DNA of 64,000 nucleotides from an uncultured Gemmatimonadales bacterium (GTDB lineage Bacteria; Gemmatimonadota; Gemmatimonadetes; Gemmatimonadales; GWC2-71-9), in NCBI GenBank assembly GCA_963739455.1, contig CAVUAK010000001.1, positions 1,888,001 through 1,952,000 of the forward strand. The letters run 5' to 3'. A program made the translations under genes and the position numbers. Positions 1 through 10,635 of the stretch are shown in pieces. Each line of letters begins with the position of its first letter. Within the stretch, counting starts at the first letter, position 1. The notes beneath the pieces were generated by a model. It was not told the origin of the DNA and searched no databases. It saw only the letters and a list, made by a program, of their open reading frames with translations.

Positions 1-3000
1 CGGTTCCCCTGGGCGGCGAGCCCGGTGTCAACGACGCGACGCTCTCGTCGTCAGGAGCCGTCGTGTGATGCGTATAGTCGATCGATTCGTAGAAGCCATA
101 CGACCCCTCGGCTCCCTCGCGAGCAAGGCGGCGGAAATTCTGCGCGGCACGGGTGGGATCCACCATTGCGGCGAGCGCCGTGGCGTAGGGTGCCACGACC
201 AGTTCATCACCCAGGCCGCGCTTCAACCCGAGGCCAGGAACGCCGAAGGCCTTGTACTGGTAGTTGCCGTGGCGATCGACTGCGTTGAAGCCCGACTCCG
301 ATATGCCCCAGGGCACACCGCGAAGCCGTCCATACTCGATTTGCCGGCGCACGGCGCTCCGGCATGACTGGTCCAGGAGAGTCTCGGGATAGCTCCGCAT
401 CACCAGCTGCGGCATCAGGTACTCGAAGAGGGTGGCACTCCACGACAGCAGCGTGGAGGCCCCATCCACGCTGGTCAGCAGTCGCCCCAGGTGGAACCAG
501 TGGCTGTCGGGCACATCACCCTTGGCGACCGCGACGAAGCTCGCGAGACGAGCCTCGGACGCGAGCAGGTCATAGAAGGACGGATCAAGGCGGCCCGGAC
601 CCTCGGCGTCCGCGAGACGGAAGCCGATCGCGAAGATCTGCCGCTGACGATCATGAAGGAAGCGGAAGTTCATGCCGTCCAGGAACGCCTGTGCGCGCGC
701 CGCCAGCGCCGCGAGGCGCTTCCCGGCGTCGGCGGACGGCGCCGGCGCCGTCAGGCCGGCGGCGAGAGCCCGCGCCCAGTAGACCGCCTCTATCCGGTCG
801 GGTTCCGGTGGCTCGTCCGACGAGAAGACGTCGATCGCTTCCTCCAGTTCCGGGAGGAACCCGCGCGCCCGCTCGAGCTTCTCCGCCGGATCCTCGGCGC
901 CCTCGACCGTGTTGCGGAGCGCCGTCAGCACGGCAACGAGGAGCGCCCGGTCCGAGGGCGACGTGCCGCGTGACCCCGAGAGCTGGCTCATGGAGCGGAG
1001 CGCCACCTCTGCCGTGTCGAGCAGCCCGCCACAGACCACCGAGGGCGCCTGGGCGTTCGCAGCCAGGTGGTGAAGGCCTTCGGCGGCGGCGATGAGCGCG
1101 CCAGCAAGATTGCCGCTGTCGACCGTCGACACGTACCGCGGCGCGAGCGGAGCCAGCGTGCTGGTGTCGTACCAGTTGAGCAGGTGGCCTTCGTGTCGCT
1201 CCAGCCCTTCCATCGTTCCCAGGAGCGCCTCGAGCTTCTCGAGCAGTTCCGCGGTGCCGATGTAGCCGAGGTCGTGGGCGGCCAGTGTGGACAGCAGCCC
1301 CATCGCGATGTTGGTGGGCGACGTCCGATGGGCCACAACCGGCGCGGGCACCTCCTGGAAATTATCGGGCGGGAGGCCGTGATCGGTGGCGCCCATGAAC
1401 GCCTCGAAGTAGCGCCAGGTCTTTCGGGCGACGATGCGCAGCAGGAGGCGGTCCTCGTCGCCCAGTCGCTGGCGAGCGGCTCGCACCGGCCGACTCAGCC
1501 ACGCCGCCACGATGGGGGCCACGATCCACAACGCCAGGATGGGCGCCGCGACCGGGAGTGCGCTGGGCCGCGCGCCGCCAATCAGTACGAGGACCACCAG
1601 GGCAATCAGCGGGCTCGCCGCCATCTCGCCGATGAAGAGCAGCACGTCGCTCCTGGGGCTGAGGCCCGCGGCGCGGGCTGCCGCCGCTGCCGCCGTCTCC
1701 CATTCGAGCAGCCGCCGCTGGGTGAATGCGAGTCGCATCAGCGTCAACGCGATGGCATGCACCATCTCGTAGGCGTGATACGCCAGGAAGGTCAGGTGCA
1801 GGATCACCTGCGCGGCGGCGGCCTGAATGTCCTCCCGCAGGATCCGGAGGAAGACCCGGAGCGGCTGCTGCGGATCGCGCCCGGCAAGGAAGCGCAGGAT
1901 GTGGGGATAGAGCGGGAAGGCGATGCTGCCGATGATCGCTGCGGTCCACACCCATGGCTTGCCCGGAAGCACCAGCCAGCCCGCGATCAGTGCCACCAGG
2001 GTGCCAGGTGCCACCAGCGTGCGCCGGAGGTTGTCGAAGATCTTCCAGCGCGAGATGAGTGGAAGCGTGTTGCGCTCGAGGCCCCGGCGCGTGGGGACTA
2101 CCGGGAACAGCCAGAAGAGGATCTGCCAGTCGCCACGAGCCCAGCGGTGCTGCCGGCGCGCATGCGTGAGCACGCTGGCCGGATAGTCATCCACTACCTC
2201 GACATCGGTGACGAGGGCAGGCCGCGCGTGCAGCCCCTCGAAGAGGTCGTGCGAAAGGAGCGCGTTCTCGGGCACGCGCCCCTCGAGTGCCGCCACGAAC
2301 GCGTCGACATCATACAGGCCCTTGCCGGCGAAGATGCCCTCGCTGAAGAGGTCCTGGTACGTGTCAGAGACAGCGGTGGTGTAGGGATCGACACCGGTGT
2401 GACCGGAGTAGACACGGGCGAACAGTGACCCGGCAGCGCTCGCCATCGTGACGCTCACGCGCGGCTGCAGGATGCCATATCCCTCGGTGACACGCCGGAG
2501 TCGCTGGTCGAAGTGCGGGCGATTGAGCGGGTGGGCAATGATGCCGATGAGCTGTCGCGCCGCGTTGCGGGGCAGGCGGGTGTCGCTGTCGAGCGTGATG
2601 ACGTAGCGAACGCCGGCGAGGAGCTCGGCGTCGCCGACATGCACCGTAAAGCTGGTATCGCGGGCGCCGCGGAGGAGCCGGTTGAACTCCTCGAGCTTGC
2701 CCCGCTTCCGTTCCCATCCGATCCAGGAGCCCTCGCCGGCGTTCCACTGTCGCACGCGGTGGAAGAGGTGAAAGGTGCCGCGGCGCGACGGGTCGGTGCG
2801 CGCATTGAGGCCCTCGACCCCTGCGGATGCCGCCGCGAGGATCGTGTCGTCGCCCGGCATCGTGGCCGCCGTCGCATCGACGAAATCGCTGAGAATGGCG
2901 AAGTGGACGTTGGGGTCGCTGTTGCCGAGCGCAAGGACCTCCAGGTGTTCCAGGAGCTCTGCGACACCGTCGACGCTCGTCAGCAGCGTCGGTATGACGA

Positions 3001-4438
3001 CCATCGTCCGGTGCTGTGCGGGGACGCCGTTCAGGAAGTCGACGCGGGGCAGGCGGCGGGGCGGCGACAGCCGTGCAGCGATGCGCTGCACCGTGGCTAT
3101 GGCGAGTTCCGACGCTGGAAGCAGCAACAGCAGGGTGACAACGCCCTGCCACCAGGGGTCGCCCCCCGCCCACCACGCGTAGGTGACGGCAAGCCCGAGG
3201 AGTACTGCAGTGAGCAGGGCAATCGAGCCCAGATAGACGGCCGTCGCCCGAGCGAAGAGGAATCGATGAAGCCGCCCGCCGACCGTCGGCTGGAAGGAAA
3301 CGTCAGTTTCGAGGTCAGGGCGCCCCTTGCCGATCAGGTGGTAGCCGACGTGGGCGGCGCGATCCTCGGCCGACTTCCGTTCCGCCACCTCGCGCGCGCT
3401 CTCGACGCTTCGCAGCGCCACGCGCAACTGGGCCTCACCACTCGGCTCCGCCAGCTCCTCCACTGCCTGCCGGTACCGGTCGCGGCTCTGGAAATCCATG
3501 CTCCCGTAGACCGCCGCCGGATCACGCTGCAGCACCTGCTCCACCAGGCTGACATTCTCGAAGAACAGGCTCCAGTCCAGCGATGCACAGAAACGGAGGC
3601 TGGTGATGGCATTGCCGACGGACACCTGGGCCATCGCCAGCCACTGGTGCTCGGTGCGGATCGCGTCCTCTGCCGTCATGCCCTGCGCGGCCAGCCGCTC
3701 CTCCACCTCGGCGCGAACCGGCGATACCAGCGGCCCGTACTCGCGCATGCGCTGCAGCAGCCGCACTACGTAGGCGGTCTCCAGCAGTCGCGGCAATGGG
3801 CCTGCCGTGCCGACGCCGACGATGTGGTCGAGGTACCGGTCCGCCTCCCGGCGCGACGCACGCCCTTCCATCGTCTCTTCGGCGAGCCGGCGCAGGTTTT
3901 CGATCAGGGCGAGCTTGAGCATGCTGGGCCATGCCCAGAGCTCGCCGATGGTGAGTGGAGCCACCGTCTGGTAGGCCGACATGAATCGCAGCAGCTGGCC
4001 CCGGTCGAGGCGCCCGTCGGTGTGGCGCACCACCTCCAGGGCCATCGCGTAGATCCGGGCCATCCCGGACATCTCACGTGGCGCCAGCTTCGGCAACTCG
4101 CGGTAGTAGCGCCGCGGCAGGTCGTGCTGTACGCCGCGGGTCTCGGATTCGATGAGGTGAAAGTTGTCGAGGAGCCACTCGGCGGCAGGAGAGAGGAACT
4201 CGCCGCGGTGGACGTCATCTGCGAGGATCCGGTAGGCCTCACGCAGCACCCGCGCGTTCTCGTCCACCCGGGCGAAGAACTGCTGGCCGGTGTCGTCGCG
4301 GGCCCGAGCGAGCGTGAAGCTCGCGGCGAGGCCGCGCGCGCGCTCCTCGAGACGCTCGACGCTCAGCAGCTCGGCGCGGAGGGGGCTTTCAGCACGGCGG
4401 CGCTGTCGCGGACCGAAAAGGCGACGCAACAGACTCAC
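1..4438 (-). CDS. ndvB: Cyclic beta-1,2-glucan synthase (NdvB/Cgs family; GT84 plus glucoamylase-like region), partial, 3' end runs off the window
   Basis: Not in the ORF track because its stop lies outside the window. Manual translation from GTG 4438 gives MSLLRRLFG...PAAEWLLDNFHLIE, EGIFAGKGLYDVDAF...LLSHDLFEG, SPTNIAMGLLS, GHLLNWYDT, YVSTVDSGNL, SWSATLFEYLMP, WGISES and YGFYESIDY, all characteristic of Cgs/NdvB. Antisense shadow ORFs keep one frame throughout. Confidence 0.9.
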   Translation of the reverse strand, partial: MSLLRRLFGPRQRRRAESPLRAELLSVERLEERARGLAASFTLARARDDTGQQFFARVDENARVLREAYRILADDVHRGEFLSPAAEWLLDNFHLIESETRGVQHDLPRRYYRELPKLAPREMSGMARIYAMALEVVRHTDGRLDRGQLLRFMSAYQTVAPLTIGELWAWPSMLKLALIENLRRLAEETMEGRASRREADRYLDHIVGVGTAGPLPRLLETAYVVRLLQRMREYGPLVSPVRAEVEERLAAQGMTAEDAIRTEHQWLAMAQVSVGNAITSLRFCASLDWSLFFENVSLVEQVLQRDPAAVYGSMDFQSRDRYRQAVEELAEPSGEAQLRVALRSVESAREVAERKSAEDRAAHVGYHLIGKGRPDLETDVSFQPTVGGRLHRFLFARATAVYLGSIALLTAVLLGLAVTYAWWAGGDPWWQGVVTLLLLLPASELAIATVQRIAARLSPPRRLPRVDFLNGVPAQHRTMVVIPTLLTSVDGVAELLEHLEVLALGNSDPNVHFAILSDFVDATAATMPGDDTILAAASAGVEGLNARTDPSRRGTFHLFHRVRQWNAGEGSWIGWERKRGKLEEFNRLLRGARDTSFTVHVGDAELLAGVRYVITLDSDTRLPRNAARQLIGIIAHPLNRPHFDQRLRRVTEGYGILQPRVSVTMASAAGSLFARVYSGHTGVDPYTTAVSDTYQDLFSEGIFAGKGLYDVDAFVAALEGRVPENALLSHDLFEGLHARPALVTDVEVVDDYPASVLTHARRQHRWARGDWQILFWLFPVVPTRRGLERNTLPLISRWKIFDNLRRTLVAPGTLVALIAGWLVLPGKPWVWTAAIIGSIAFPLYPHILRFLAGRDPQQPLRVFLRILREDIQAAAAQVILHLTFLAYHAYEMVHAIALTLMRLAFTQRRLLEWETAAAAAARAAGLSPRSDVLLFIGEMAASPLIALVVLVLIGGARPSALPVAAPILALWIVAPIVAAWLSRPVRAARQRLGDEDRLLLRIVARKTWRYFEAFMGATDHGLPPDNFQEVPAPVVAHRTSPTNIAMGLLSTLAAHDLGYIGTAELLEKLEALLGTMEGLERHEGHLLNWYDTSTLAPLAPRYVSTVDSGNLAGALIAAAEGLHHLAANAQAPSVVCGGLLDTAEVALRSMSQLSGSRGTSPSDRALLVAVLTALRNTVEGAEDPAEKLERARGFLPELEEAIDVFSSDEPPEPDRIEAVYWARALAAGLTAPAPSADAGKRLAALAARAQAFLDGMNFRFLHDRQRQIFAIGFRLADAEGPGRLDPSFYDLLASEARLASFVAVAKGDVPDSHWFHLGRLLTSVDGASTLLSWSATLFEYLMPQLVMRSYPETLLDQSCRSAVRRQIEYGRLRGVPWGISESGFNAVDRHGNYQYKAFGVPGLGLKRGLGDELVVAPYATALAAMVDPTRAAQNFRRLAREGAEGSYGFYESIDYTHHTTAPDDESVASLTPGSPPRGT

Positions 4439-4624
4439 CTTGAGCCCGTGCGCCTGAGCAGCGACGCTACGTCACGACCGGAAGGGGGAAGTACGCATTT
4501 CACTCATTTGATACACCGCGCCAGGGACCATGCTCCGCGCCCGACATGCACTTGGCTCCAAACGACGCTACGGTGTCGCGACACTACTGCACTTTGGCGC
4601 GCCCTGGCCTGAGCCGCACGCGGT

Positions 4625-5245
4625 CTAGAGGCCATAGCGGAGCCCTACTAACAGCTCGCGCGTCCAGGTGTTGGTTTGCACAAACAGGCCGACCTCGTCC
4701 AGGCTTGCCTGGTCGAACGGGCTCCCTGCAACGCCTACGCTGCCGGAGGTGAACAGGGCAAACCGCCGTGAAATGGGGGCCACCAGGGTGATGGCGGCAG
4801 CGGCTCCAATTCTTGCCAGCGTGCTATTGACCGCTCGGCCACTCCAGATTTGCAGCATGGGGCCCAGTCCGACCTGCAGGGTTGCTTCCGTTCCGATCCG
4901 CGCGATCTCATAGTTCACCAGCAGTCGAAGGTCGTAGAGAGTGAAGGCGGGATTCAGTCCCACCCAGGCTCCATCGCCGTCCGCATTCAGGGCGGCCTTG
5001 GCATATGAGGCATCGAGCGCCACGGCCACACGCCCGAACGAACGGACGGCACCCAGGTGGAACCGCGTCGTGGCCCCCGGCTTGTACTGGGTGATCTCGC
5101 TGAGATCATCGGTGGCGCGGGAGGCGCCGCCAAACCCGGCGGCGCCTCCCGCGACAAAGATCGACCAGGGACTTTGCGCTACGGCCGGCGAGCATGTGAT
5201 ACCGAACAGCAGAACCATGAGCGTGAGCCATCGCGCGATCTGCAT
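4625..5245 (-). CDS. Putative small outer-membrane beta-barrel protein
   Basis: Signal peptide (AVA-Q), amphipathic beta-strand pattern, C-terminal beta-signal-like LLVGLRYGL; GGAGG RBS upstream. Confidence 0.65.
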   Translation of the reverse strand: MQIARWLTLMVLLFGITCSPAVAQSPWSIFVAGGAAGFGGASRATDDLSEITQYKPGATTRFHLGAVRSFGRVAVALDASYAKAALNADGDGAWVGLNPAFTLYDLRLLVNYEIARIGTEATLQVGLGPMLQIWSGRAVNSTLARIGAAAAITLVAPISRRFALFTSGSVGVAGSPFDQASLDEVGLFVQTNTWTRELLVGLRYGL

Positions 5246-5280
5246 GGGACCTCCTGGTTACCTGCGTTGCAATCCATTCG

Positions 5281-6507
5281 TCACTTCATGTCGAGTTGAA
5301 TCCAGCCATTGGCACCCAACTGGTCATTCAGCATGGTCCAATTGGTGCCGGCGTGATAGCGGCCCGTCACGGCGTCGGCGACGATGATACCGATGATGTC
5401 GTCGCCACTCGTGATGAAGCTGTAGATCGCCGCGAGAAGCTTGAAGAGGGAGGCGGCGGCTTCAATTTTCCCGTCGGTTCCCTTGGCACTCTTCAATTGA
5501 CCCGTGAAGGCCCCCGCTGCCGCGAGGAGCTTGCCCGCCCGGTCGGAGTTGGTCTTGATCTGGCACGCCGTGTCGTCATCCTCGTAGGCCATGATTGTGA
5601 ACGGGACACCCTTGTGGGCAACCGCCATCGCGTCAATCTGTGCCTTGGAGAACAGCAGCTGGCTACCGGTCCACACCTGGGAGTTGGTGTCCCATGCGTA
5701 CCCGAATGGTGCATGCTCGCCGATACATTGGAACGTGATGAGGTTGTCCTTGTCCCCCTTCGATGCCGGCCCCATGATGTGAATCTCATACTCGGGGTCG
5801 CCCTTCAACCAACCCTCAAATGACCCGGTGAATTCGACCCGGCTCATGTAAAGGCCAGGAGTAGGTGGAACCACGTAACCACCTGTGCCACCACCAATTT
5901 CGCCGCATGTAGCTTCCGTGCACTTGGCCGCGGCAATCCCTCGCGGGGCATCGAAATCCAGCTCCGCCGGCTCCACCGCCAGGACGGGGGTCGAGGGCGG
6001 GGTAGCGGCGCTCAGGACGATACGACGCCCGGCCAGGTCATAGGCGACTGGTGCGTCGCCGTCGCGCTCGGCGGTAGCCACCAGGACGTTCTCGTCGCCA
6101 GTCCAGGCGGTCCGGTGGCCCGGAACAGGGAAGTACATCTCCAGCGTGCCCGCCCGGGTCACCTCACCATCCACGTCGGCCTCCACCTCACCATCACCGG
6201 CGGCAAGCACGCGGAGGCCGCGGCCGCCATTCTCCTTCAGGTAGCGCTGGAACTGCACCTTGCCCTCGGGAAAGGTCGAACGATCGAGCGCGGCCTTGAC
6301 GTCGGCGCGGAACCCGGGATCCCGTAGCGCCCGCGCGGTGCGTCGTGCGAGGCGCTCGAGCCGCGCCTGTCCGGGGCGATTGCCGAGGGCCGCCGGGTCG
6401 ACAGCAGGGGCTGACTCCTCCGGCGCCGTGGGCGCCGAGGGTCGATCGGAACAGGCGGCGAGGCCGGCGGCGATCATGAGCGCCGGCCACAGGCGATTGA
6501 ACTGCAT
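5281..6507 (-). CDS. Uncharacterised lipoprotein (possibly DUF3103-like)
   Basis: Start reassigned to ATG 6507 (MQFNRLW) after GGAGGTG. Lipobox GLAAC. Motifs EGWLKGDPEYEIH, YEDDD and SGDDIIG loosely recall DUF3103 proteins (unverified). Confidence 0.7.
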   Translation of the reverse strand: MQFNRLWPALMIAAGLAACSDRPSAPTAPEESAPAVDPAALGNRPGQARLERLARRTARALRDPGFRADVKAALDRSTFPEGKVQFQRYLKENGGRGLRVLAAGDGEVEADVDGEVTRAGTLEMYFPVPGHRTAWTGDENVLVATAERDGDAPVAYDLAGRRIVLSAATPPSTPVLAVEPAELDFDAPRGIAAAKCTEATCGEIGGGTGGYVVPPTPGLYMSRVEFTGSFEGWLKGDPEYEIHIMGPASKGDKDNLITFQCIGEHAPFGYAWDTNSQVWTGSQLLFSKAQIDAMAVAHKGVPFTIMAYEDDDTACQIKTNSDRAGKLLAAAGAFTGQLKSAKGTDGKIEAAASLFKLLAAIYSFITSGDDIIGIIVADAVTGRYHAGTNWTMLNDQLGANGWIQLDMK

Positions 6508-6610
6508 AGGCACCTCCAGGAAGTGGGCCTGCGTCGGCATGACGCAGGCGCGCACACAGTGCGGGATGGGCACGAGCCCACCGGCATCGGGGAAGTGCGG
6601 TCAGGAACGG

Positions 6611-6633
6611 AAAAACCGCCGGGGAGGCGGTTT
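6611..6633 (-). terminator. Rho-independent terminator after the ABC permease gene
   Basis: Minus strand reads AAACCGCC-TCCCC-GGCGGTTTTT, a GC hairpin plus U tract about 30 nt after the stop. Confidence 0.6.
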
Positions 6634-6660
6634 GGGGTGCGACGGGAACGTCCGGCGGCA

Positions 6661-8382
6661 CTACGCGTCGATCTCGCGGATCCGCTTGAGCCCGATGCGC
6701 AGCGCGATCAGGGTGCTCGCGAGGCACAGCACCGCGGACGCCGCGAAGAAGAGTGCCATCGACAGGTCGATCTCCAGCGGGACCCCGGCCTGGTTGGCCC
6801 GCACGAACTGCAGGACAGGCCGCGCCTCGAGCGCGATGACCACGCCCAGCAGGCACACACTCGCCATCATGTACACCAATCCGCCGAAGCTCGTCGGGAT
6901 CTGGGCGGCGTTCTCGGTGTCGAACTGCGGAAAAAGGGTACCGAAGCACAGCGCGAGGGCACTCGTCGCCAGCGTGTAGAGCGTGATGGTCCCGATGCTC
7001 ACGGCCATCATGAACGGCGATGCCTGCAGCAGCACGTTGGTGACGCCGGTGATGATCAGTGCCAGGACCAGCAGCGGAATCGTGCCCGTCCAGTACTTGC
7101 TCCACATCAGCGCCTCGAGGTCGAGCGGACTCGAACAGAGCAGCCACAACTGCTTGCCCTCGAGCGACACCGACGGGAACACGAAGCGTGCTGCGATGGC
7201 GGCGAGGACGAACCCGGCGAGGGCCAGGTTCAGGAAGACCACCATCGTCACCAGCAGCACCGACACGCGCTCACCGGTGAAGAGCGGCAGCGCGCGGATG
7301 TTGAAGATGTAGACCAGGAGGAGCACGGCGAGCAGGATGAGCTGGCTCCACTGCGTCGTATCGCGGAAGAACAGCAGCACGTCCTTCACGATGAATTCGC
7401 GCTTGGCCACCGGCAGGCCGCGCAGGACCCTGGATGCGAAGCGCGGCCAGTGCTTGCCCCGCACATACTGCTCGGCGCCTTCCTGCGCCTTGGTGAAACC
7501 GTTCCGGTAGAGCCGCTTGTGCGCCAGGGCGCCGAGCACGACGAACACCCCGGCCGTGCTCCATAGCAGCACGATCGGCAGCGGATCTGCGACCCGGTTG
7601 AGCCAGTTCATGATGATGTCCGCCGTCCACTCGGTCGGCAGGAACGGGCTTGTCGGGCTCTGCAGCGCGCCCAGGAAGTCCACCAGGTTCCTGAATCCCT
7701 CGGGACGCGCCAGTCGCTCCGGCTGCAGCACGCGAAGCGTGACCACCACGATCGCCATGGCGCCAATGGCAACGAGGCTCAGCAGGTCGCGGGTGCGGCG
7801 GGCAGGAAAGACATTCACGAGCACCAGCGTGATCACCGCCCCGATGACGCCGGGCAGCAGCAGGAAGGGCACGAACGCACCGAGCGCCACCAGCCAGAAC
7901 CATGGCCCACCGTCGTACACGATGCCGTAGGCGGTGAAGATCGGGATCGCCAGCAGCGCCACCATCCATGATGAGTGCGCCACCGTCTCGCCCAGCTTTG
8001 CCAGGTAGAGCCGCAGCCAGTCGATCGGGGCTGCTATGAGCATGTCGAGGTCCTTCGCGAGGAAGAACGTCGAGAGTGCGGTGACCAGGTTGGACAGCAG
8101 GAGGATCGACGCAAAGGCGAGCAGGATGACGCCGAGCATCTTCTGCGGCAGGAAGCTGCCGATTTCCGGCGCGCTCCGGGCATACAGCAGAACCCGGTAC
8201 GCCACCGTGAACACTGCGGACCAGAACCCGGCCGCCACCAGCGCGAGCAGGAGCAGCTTGACCGGCGTCCCCGAACGCTCCTCGCGCGCGCGCGCGAGTG
8301 CGGTGCGCCACTTCGGCAGCAGCACCGTGCGGACCCCCGGATCGGGGACCGGTGCCACGAGGACTTCAGCGGTCGAGGACAT
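6661..8382 (-). CDS. Putative ABC-2 type exporter permease subunit (large, polytopic)
   Basis: Many TM segments, FPSVSLEGKQLWLL motif of this permease family; overlaps the ATPase gene. Start set at ATG 8382 (MSSTAE). Confidence 0.85.
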   Translation of the reverse strand: MSSTAEVLVAPVPDPGVRTVLLPKWRTALARAREERSGTPVKLLLLALVAAGFWSAVFTVAYRVLLYARSAPEIGSFLPQKMLGVILLAFASILLLSNLVTALSTFFLAKDLDMLIAAPIDWLRLYLAKLGETVAHSSWMVALLAIPIFTAYGIVYDGGPWFWLVALGAFVPFLLLPGVIGAVITLVLVNVFPARRTRDLLSLVAIGAMAIVVVTLRVLQPERLARPEGFRNLVDFLGALQSPTSPFLPTEWTADIIMNWLNRVADPLPIVLLWSTAGVFVVLGALAHKRLYRNGFTKAQEGAEQYVRGKHWPRFASRVLRGLPVAKREFIVKDVLLFFRDTTQWSQLILLAVLLLVYIFNIRALPLFTGERVSVLLVTMVVFLNLALAGFVLAAIAARFVFPSVSLEGKQLWLLCSSPLDLEALMWSKYWTGTIPLLVLALIITGVTNVLLQASPFMMAVSIGTITLYTLATSALALCFGTLFPQFDTENAAQIPTSFGGLVYMMASVCLLGVVIALEARPVLQFVRANQAGVPLEIDLSMALFFAASAVLCLASTLIALRIGLKRIREIDA

Positions 8383-9124
8383 GACCCAGTTCAAGCGTGG
8401 AGACGCCACCGGTCAGCCGAAGGAAGAGATCCTCGAGGCTCGCGTCGCCTGCGGCAAACTGGTGCCGCAGCTCGGCCATCGTGCCGCACGCGACGATCTT
8501 GCCGCCCTGGATGATCCCGATGCGATCGCACATGTCCTCGGCCACCTCGAGCGTGTGCGTGCTCATGAGGATCGTACCGCCGCGCTGGGTGAATTCCTTG
8601 AAGAGGTCCTTCAGCAGGCGCGCGCTCTTCGGGTCGAGGCCGACCATCGGTTCGTCGACGACGATCACCTCGGGCTGGTGTATCAGCGCGCTCGAGATGA
8701 TCAGCTTCTGCCGCATGCCATGGCTGTACGACTCGGTGAGCTCGTCCTTCCACGGCGCGAGGTCGAAAAGCCTGAGCAGCTCATCCATGCGCCGCTCGAT
8801 GACCGGGCCTTCCTGCCCGTACAGTGCCGCAACGAACCGCAGGAACTCGGCGCCGGTCAGCTTGTCGTACACAAACGGGCGATCGGGGATGAAACCCATC
8901 CGCGTCTTCGCCTTGCGAGGCTTCCGTTCCAGGTCGTCCCCACCGATCTCGACCACGCCGCTCGTCGGCTTGAGGATGCCCGCGATCATCCGGAGCGTCG
9001 TCGTCTTCCCGGCGCCGTTGGGGCCGAGAAAACCGAACAGTTCGCCAGATGGCACCTCGAGATCGATGCCATCGACGGCCGTGAAACTGCCGTACCGCTT
9101 GGTCAGGTTCGTGAGACGTATCAT
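8366..9124 (-). CDS. ABC transporter ATP-binding protein
   Basis: Walker A GPNGAGKTT, signature YSHGMRQK, Walker B IVVDEP, H-loop STH. Confidence 0.95.
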   Translation of the reverse strand: MIRLTNLTKRYGSFTAVDGIDLEVPSGELFGFLGPNGAGKTTTLRMIAGILKPTSGVVEIGGDDLERKPRKAKTRMGFIPDRPFVYDKLTGAEFLRFVAALYGQEGPVIERRMDELLRLFDLAPWKDELTESYSHGMRQKLIISSALIHQPEVIVVDEPMVGLDPKSARLLKDLFKEFTQRGGTILMSTHTLEVAEDMCDRIGIIQGGKIVACGTMAELRHQFAAGDASLEDLFLRLTGGVSTLELGHVLDR

Positions 9125-10635
9125 CGAGTCTTCAGCCGAGTCAGCCGTTCGGGTGCGAGCGACGCAGTGAGCGGCACGAGGTAGAGTGGGTCCGCCGGGG
9201 CGTCGGCGATCAATCTGACGTATCCCGCCCCGGCAGGGAACGTGCCGAAGGTGGGGTCGGCCGGAACCCAGCCTCCCAGCTTCACTTCCGCCCAGGCGTG
9301 GCGGGCCCAGCCGCGCTCCTGTGCCACGATCCCCGCAACAGGTCGCGCCTCCAGGCCCACGCTGCGGGCCAGTGCCACGAACAGGATGGCCCGATCGGAT
9401 ATATCACCCTTCCGGGTCCGGAGTGCACGGCGACTGTTGGGGATCGCCGGATTCGGCGCCGACTTCACTTCCGTCGCCACCCACGCCGCGAGGCGTTCCA
9501 CCCGCCGTCGCTGGTCCGGCTCTCCTGCGATGATCTGCTCCGCCTGAATGCGCACCGCGTGGTCGTTGCCCGGCACCAGCGCCTCGATGGTTCCGGCCGT
9601 GCCGATGCTGCGGCCGGTGGTGGCGGTGTCGAGCGCGGTGAAGAGGGTGTCGGTGGAGAGCCACTGACTGCCGCCGGACAGGTCGGCCCGGGCCCAACCG
9701 GCGGTGTCCTGCTGCACCCGCGCGAGTCGCACAAGCATGGATTGCATGCCGGGTGGCCTCGACGTGAGCATCGCACTGGCAGGACTTTGCGCCTCACCGC
9801 GCGCGCCATTGGCGAACGCCTGACGATAGGCATTCGTGGCGATCTCGAAGGGCTGGCGCTCGGCGACGAGGCCCGGCAGCAGTTCACCCATCACCGGGAG
9901 CCCGTCCTCGTCCACCCAGAGCGTCACCGGAGGACCGTCGCCCTGGCGGCGGATCTGCCAGGCTCGCAGCGTGTCATACCGGTTCGATTCCCAGAGTCCG
10001 GTGGCGGGGTTGATGGCCGCGCTGTCAGGCACCACCAGCGTGGAATCGGAGAGCACCGCAACGTCCACCTGGACCAGCGCGCGACGTAGTGGATCGAGCA
10101 GCTCAAGCTTGCGCAGCATGCCGGTCCTCGGCGACCGGGTTGCCACCACCAGAAGCGGCAGTGAGGAAGGTGGCGCGGCAATGCCCTGTCGCGCTCCAAC
10201 CGTGTCCGCCCGGCCCGCGCGACCTTCGGGGCCCGCCTGCCAGCTGATCGCGGAATCACCCAGCCGAGTCGCGCGGATCTCGGTGCGCTCGCCCGATTGG
10301 CTTCGCGACACCACGACGCCGAGAAGCCCGAGACTGCGATCGAAAGTTGTGCGCGTGCGCTGGACGACGCGAAGGACGGTGTCGGCATCGGGAAGCCGAA
10401 GGTCGATCTGCTCCGTCACGTCGATCGTGGAGAGGGTGGTGTCGAGCGTGAGCGACGCGAAGCCCACGGTGCTCCCGGCAACACTGAGTGTGTAGTAGGC
10501 GGCGGTGGGTGAGATCCTGGCGATGACCGGCACCGCGCGCCGGCTGGCACTTGGGAACCAGGTGCGCTGCGCAAGCCATGCGAGCGACCCGATCCAGGCC
10601 ACGAAGATGATGATCCCGACCGTCCGCCGATTCAG
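9121..10635 (-). CDS. Membrane-anchored transglutaminase-like domain protein
   Basis: C-terminal GDISDRAILFVALAR...HAWAEV...WVPADPT. N-terminal TM. Probable start at CTG 10635 (the track starts at GTG 10602). Confidence 0.8.
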   Translation of the reverse strand: MNRRTVGIIIFVAWIGSLAWLAQRTWFPSASRRAVPVIARISPTAAYYTLSVAGSTVGFASLTLDTTLSTIDVTEQIDLRLPDADTVLRVVQRTRTTFDRSLGLLGVVVSRSQSGERTEIRATRLGDSAISWQAGPEGRAGRADTVGARQGIAAPPSSLPLLVVATRSPRTGMLRKLELLDPLRRALVQVDVAVLSDSTLVVPDSAAINPATGLWESNRYDTLRAWQIRRQGDGPPVTLWVDEDGLPVMGELLPGLVAERQPFEIATNAYRQAFANGARGEAQSPASAMLTSRPPGMQSMLVRLARVQQDTAGWARADLSGGSQWLSTDTLFTALDTATTGRSIGTAGTIEALVPGNDHAVRIQAEQIIAGEPDQRRRVERLAAWVATEVKSAPNPAIPNSRRALRTRKGDISDRAILFVALARSVGLEARPVAGIVAQERGWARHAWAEVKLGGWVPADPTFGTFPAGAGYVRLIADAPADPLYLVPLTASLAPERLTRLKTR

